A DNA stretch of 64,000 nt from Lingula anatina. Taxonomy: Eukaryota; Animalia; Brachiopoda. Both the position numbers and the translations under genes were made by a program. Within the stretch, counting starts at the first letter, position 1. Each line of letters opens with the position of its first letter. A model generated the notes under the pieces. That model saw only the letters and a program-made list of their open reading frames with translations. It did no database searches and was not told the origin of the DNA. Positions 58,064-64,000 of this stretch are shown piece after piece. The DNA lies in the NCBI GenBank assembly GCA_051362555.1, contig CM120649.1, positions 13,516,001 to 13,580,000 of the forward strand, read 5' to 3'.

Positions 58064-61000
58064 ATGTATTTTCTAGGAATGATGGACATTTTAAGTGTAT
58101 ATGTCTGGCCTAACATGCAGGCAGTTATGGTCGGCACATTTGTATTGCTGCTGGTGATGGCATATGCACGGGGAAGGAAGTACAATCTGCCACCAGGTCC
58201 TCCACAGCTACCAATACTGGGGAATTACTTTGGTAAAATCCAGAATGATTTCTAGGACGTATTTTTTCTTAAATGTTACTCAACGGCAGAGATGTTAATT
58301 TCTAACCTGGCTCCATTGTTTGCTATGTGATAATATTTACATTATTATTCTAAGATGAAAAAAAAAAAACGATATGTATTTGCAATATGAAATAGATATG
58401 TAATTGGTCGGTTTAATGAGAGAAGACCTATTTTCATTTTAGATGTATATAAAGTGTTGGATATTTCAACAACATGATATTAACGTATTGGAGATGATAT
58501 TTTATTTCAGCTTTTACGAAAGACCAAAGGTTGTTCACGGTTTTTGAGGAAATGACCAAGAAATATGGAGACATATTCACGGTGAACTTGGGTAAGTCTA
58601 ATTTGAAATCAAATTTTATAATCACAATGCTTGCATTTAAACGCAACAGATGAAGGTCACACATACATGGGCGTATCGGAAATCAAAGGAGAACTCAAAT
58701 AAACGAAATAATTTAATTCAACAAAAATATAAAAAGGTAAAAATTTATGAAAATCACTGACTGAAGACCGCTGCGGCCAAGGGTCGCTGAGTGAAAACAC
58801 CTGCTGCCGTTGCCGAAGAGTCCAGACAAACCCTGAAAATTTACCCGGCTTATAGACTTGATACGAGAACGGCAAACTGAAACGGCTCTGCATTGGGGAA
58901 GTTTAAAATTGTAGAAATGGGTGGTGGGTGGCGGGGGGGGGGGGGGTTTCGCTGACACTTGGCATTTATGATGCTAAGTAATTGGTACAACTTTTGTGAC
59001 CCGATCTAGCAAAGGGTATCCAAGATTTCCATACCGGTTATGTGCAAATAACTAATGACAAGAAAGAAGCAACTCTAGGACAGCTTATTTGCTTCAAAAA
59101 ATTTAAAAAAAAAAAAAAAATGCCAGAAAAGTTAATATAGTCCACAGCTGATCTTGGCCAAAACTCGTTTTCGTGTTGTAATAAAACATACACATTCTAT
59201 TCTATTTTTATCCGCAGGTTTCGGACATAACTCAATTGTGGTAAGCTCAGACCATTTGGTGGATGAAATGTTGGTAGAAAAGTCAGAGGAATTTGCCGGC
59301 AGGGACACATCTCTTTGGTCGGGTATGTACTCCATACAATTATTGACTTTGGGGGTGAGGTAACCGCTTGGGTAGATTCAACCCAAAGTTGGGGTATTCG
59401 ATCAAAGCCGAAGGCTGGGGGTTGAACTTAGCCAAGAGGTGACCGAAAGGCAAATTATATAGCTGCTTTGTTTCATGAATACGCATGTAAAGATAACTGA
59501 AAGCGAATTTCAGAATAATAATATTTTTGGGGTAAATATGTATTTCATGAAAAGAACGTATGGGCATTATGAGAGAACAGCAGATTTCAGGTAATGAAAT
59601 TCTTTGACAGTCTTTGTAATTTTAAGCTCCTTTATGACCGTGAGTGTATTTGACAAGAGTTAGTCGCAGCTCTAACCCAATTTAATTTTGCCTATTAAGT
59701 ACAAACATTTTATTTCAATATTGTGCAAATTCGACTTTGGGTTGTGATTTTAGTTAATAATCTACTAATATTATTACCATTATTATTATTATTCTTATTT
59801 CGTAAGGTTACTTATCTGACAGGAAACCGATTAATTTACTTACATGACGTGATCATTGAAATAAACCAAACTCCGTATTCGGTAAAATGTACTAAAAGGA
59901 TATGTAACTATCAGTTTAAACTATTATGTCAGTCTTAACAATGATTCTGTATAACTGATATTCCAACTTTCTGAAAATGTATTGCCCCATTGCAGCTTAC
60001 CTGCTTTCCGATGGTCACAAGGACATCGCGTTTGCTGATTACTGTCCTATGTGGGCATTACAGAGAAACATGGCGGTGAAAGGTCTCAGGTAAATCTGTT
60101 TAGGGAGGAAAGTCAATTTGGTTTTTTTTGGGGGGGTGGGGGGTGGGTTTGTTCTAACATTGACAGAATAAATAGTGTATTCTCTTGATTTGGAGTCAAT
60201 TCGATGCATTTTGATCTCTTCAGGGAATAATTATAAAAAAGGCGAGGGTTATCAACCAGATATGAAGTTACTGGTGCAAGTGCAGATCGCTGCCCGTTGT
60301 ATACTTATTACAAAAAAGCGTGCCAAAAACGCTTGTCGTCAATATCCAAAACGTATTTATCGATAGGCAATTACAATAGACGAACTTAAACTTAAAACAA
60401 ACAACTCTTCTCTGTTTAGGTCATACCTCTTAAGCGGAAAGTTAAATTGTTTGGCGAAGTCGGCGTTTGAGGAGGTTGCCCCTTTGTTGGCGAAACAGAC
60501 TGAACCTGTAGACGTCGATTTGTACACCACTTTACTGATATATAATATCATCTGTACGGTTGCCTTTGGTAAGAGGTAAGCTACGTACATTTCTTTATTT
60601 AACATAGACTCTGTAAAAACTGTTTGCACAGTTGCTTTGACAGTGCGTATGTGTGTGTGTTTTTCATTGATTCTTATTTATATCCTTTTGCATCCATTGT
60701 CCATTACTTATAATACATTTAGTTTTTCTTTGGGAATTATTGGATGTTTTTTCATTGCATTTCTTGTTAAATACATAACATATCGCATGAAAAATACTTT
60801 GGAGTATATAATATTTGTAACAACGCACTATTAAAATGGGGTTTATCTTTTTTCTGACCTACAGCTATAAATTCGACGATCCAGAGTTTCTGTGGCTGAA
60901 AGAGAAACTGGCAGAAATTATGACCGTTTTATTTGGAAGCCGTCTGCCTGCTGACATCTTACCTTTTCTTAAGCACATACCTATTCCTTCAACCCTGAGA

Positions 61001-61356
61001 GCAAAAGAAATTCGCAATGAGATGATTGATTTTCAAAGGCGAATGTTAAAGGATCACGAAGCCAGTCTAAATCCAGGTAGGGGTGGCTTTCTTTTTTTTT
61101 TTTTGTTTTTTACTTTGAAATTGTGTTTCCTTATGCTATTTACAAATGTATGTTTTAAATTTAAAACTCTTGTATTGTACATTGGTCCCGTAAACCCGTA
61201 AATTGCATTGGATGTTACTTCCACGAGACAAATCCGTCACGATGAATTTTTTTCTGAAAAAAAAAAAAAAAGTTTTAAGTTGAATAATGAAATGACTGTC
61301 CTGTTATTTAAGACGACATCTCACAAAATGAATATGGGGTTTTATGCTCTTTAACA

Positions 61357-61430
<74 letters not shown>

Positions 61431-63678
61431 TTTACTCAGTTTACCACGAATAGCAATGCGCAAACATACATTTTAAAACTAATTTTTTATTGATTACTAT
61501 ATTTCCAGAAAATGTTAGGGACCTCACCGACCAACTGCTGTTAGCGCGCCAGGACCATGGCACAACCAACGATGGAGACGTTAAGAAAGTTTTGACAGAT
61601 GATTGCATTATTCAAATAGTGTTGGATACTTTTATTGGTAAGTGAGTCATGGGCGTCATGTACTTCATGGTAAATGAATATTTATTATTTCAGTACAAGA
61701 TTGATATATACCACACTGTTTGAAAGAGTTTTTTTTTGTATTTCAAACAAAAGCGATTCTACATGTAGAAGTCAATCATGAATGTGTACTTTAATTTGTG
61801 TTTATGTTACACGTCTTTTTATGCATGATTTGTGGTGTAATGACAATGTGCACAGTCTTGTTTTGTTAGGCCATTTCAAGTAATTTCCTTTTTGACTGTG
61901 TCTATCTAGGTGGAGTAATCGCATCGAGAGAAACGTTCAAATGGCTTTTGTTGTACGTAGCTGACAAACCAGACGTGCAAGAAAAGATGCATCTGGAAAT
62001 TATGGACGTTTTTGGTGAGATAACAACACTCTCAAGCACGAACAAACACAAACATACACACTAACCTTATAATGGTTGATTGCTTTATTTTTCAATTTAT
62101 AGTAAAGAAATATTTGACAAAATGGAAGAAAAAAAACCAAGGTAATAACATTTCCTGATGTTTGAAACAAAGATTCCATATCATTACTGGATACAAGCTA
62201 ATGATCAGTAAATGCAGACACATACTTGTAAACTTTCCATAAGTAATTGTTTTATGGTGCATTTTTTCCTAGCTAATTTAACTAAAAAATACTAACAATC
62301 ATATGCTTTATCTTCATTTTCTCAGCTACGGAAAAAACGATTTATATCGAGAAAATTCAAATTGTCATTATATTATTATTATAACTTTATAACATATTTC
62401 ATTTCAAATATGTTTATCTGGCACTTTAGTGCAACCTTTCTGAGAATAAAATGCAATATTTTAGATAACCAATATTTCAAATGTCCTGTCATCTAAACAT
62501 AAACCATAAATCAGATGAACATGTTATAATTCTACAGACGTGGACGACCTCAATCAAAGCAAATCCAAGATGAAATATTGCGAGGCGGTTTTTAAAGAGA
62601 CCCTTAGAATTCGGCCGGCTACACCATGCACACTGGCGCATAAGGCACTGCGTGACACTACACTTGGTAATGTAATACGGACTAAAGTTGTTTTCAGTAA
62701 TGAAAAAGAACAAGTTAAATGCATCTTCAATGACCTCTTTAAACTTGGCAACATTCCTACTTTACCAAAGATCGCAATCTTTTGAATAATGTGTGAGTCG
62801 TATGCCTGTAACGTTGATAGTTAAATGAACGAGGTATGCTGTCAGTTTTTACGTATTAGCACTATCAGTTTCTTACCAATTTCCAAAATGACACTTCAAA
62901 ATAATTTATAATTGAACAACATATTCCAACAACATGTAGGCGGCTACGATATTCCAAAGGGCACAGTGGTTTATCCAAATCTTTGGGTGATTCATCGAGA
63001 TCCAAGAAATTGGGAGTCACCAGAAGAATTCAAACCAGAAAGATTTCTTACGAAAGATGGCGCATTGGAGAAAATTGACCCTAAAATATGGAGGCCATTT
63101 TCTGCAGGGAAACGGAAGTGCATGGGCGAAGCTATTGCTAGGTCAAACTTGATGATAGCCATAGTAGGTTCCTGAGATGGACTTCTATGATTTTATTTTT
63201 AAACAGTAATATTTTGGAAGAAATAATCATGAATTCTAATGGTAATAATTACTATATATATATATATATATATATAACCTGGACTCCAGTCACCATTAGT
63301 CTATATTACTAATTAGTTCCATATCGTTTAAGTTGTTTTGCTAAATTTCCTAGGCTGGTTGGGTTATATCGGTGTCCATTATGTTATATTGCTTATAGTG
63401 TATACTTGCCTTTTTTTTCCAAATTATACAGTATTGCAGATGAGTATTACTGAACTTAGTTGTGAGTGTCCTTGACTTTCCATTTAAGTTTCGTATAAAA
63501 TTGCATTATTTTTCCAGACTAATTATCATTTTAATTATTTTTTGTTTTTCTACAGGCCATGTTTTTCCGTCAGTTTAAAGTAGCCATTCCACCAGGACAG
63601 AAACTGGACCTTGACCCGGACATGTACCAAATTCATTGTGTGTCAAAGCCTCAGAAAATTGTCATCAACACGTGGTAG
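58064..63678 (+). CDS. Cytochrome P450, clan 2 (CYP17/CYP1/CYP21-like). Exons 58064-58232, 58511-58591, 59218-59322, 59996-60089, 60420-60575, 60864-61077, 61509-61638, 61910-62014, 62538-62666, 62940-63163, 63556-63678
   Basis: N-terminal TM anchor, LPPGPPQLPILGN, KYGDIF, FAGR, KDIAFADY..WALQR (WxxxR), ETLR (ExxR), GYDIPKGT, PERF, heme loop PFSAGKRKCMG; TAG at 63676-63678. Confidence 0.93.
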
Positions 63679-64000
63679 ACACGTGGCCATCTTTGAATCC
63701 CACGCGGTAAAGTGTTTCCGCACATATTTACCATTTGTGTCTAGGACGAAGTATCCTAACGTTTTCCTGGTCACATATATATGTAAAATCAACATCTGAG
63801 GAATCATATTAATTCTGCAAATTGACACCTTTTAAAGATGCACTTTACCAAAAATATCATAACATGTACCTTTTATTGCAGTGGCTCGAAATTTTCACTA
63901 TTAATAGAAAACACATGACTGCTCCAAATGTTTTTTTTAAATCAACATTTAGTTGTCAAAACACTAGTGTATTTCTTAATTTTGCATTCGTTTTCTTTTT

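Noticed and set aside
62515-62537. Apparent frameshift in P450 exon 9 if the acceptor at 62514 is used
   Set aside because: The acceptor at 62537 gives a continuous frame, so the gene need not be a pseudogene.

Overview
AT-rich, intron-containing animal genomic DNA, most likely a marine invertebrate. Six multi-exon genes were rebuilt by hand from splice sites and reading-frame phase: (1) the 3' half of RB1 (315-6422, +); (2) a winged-helix plus PNP_UDP_1 nucleoside phosphorylase/nucleosidase-domain gene (9040-14545, +); (3) a C-type lectin, 10 Sushi/CCP, mucin, TM receptor gene (15727-23615, -); (4) a STEAP metalloreductase (28514-37512, -); (5) the SHARK/HTK16 tyrosine kinase (42237-53237, +); (6) a clan-2 cytochrome P450 (58064-63678, +). 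STEAP introns hold a structurally complete DIRS1-type tyrosine-recombinase retrotransposon (ITRs plus ICR) and a 935-bp near-perfect foldback element with an 8-bp TSD. The STEAP/SHARK divergent intergenic region holds a 3.3-kb EnSpm/CACTA-like non-autonomous element containing a decayed Penelope GIY-YIG fragment with a hammerhead-like motif. The main leads are a candidate -1 ribosomal frameshift linking DIRS gag and pol, the wHTH-nucleosidase protein, a triple RFX X-box array at the SHARK stop codon, splice-donor duplications with disabled copies, a Sushi domain split by a mucin insert, and a P450 lacking the I-helix acid-alcohol pair. All family assignments come from motif recognition by eye; no database searches were run.
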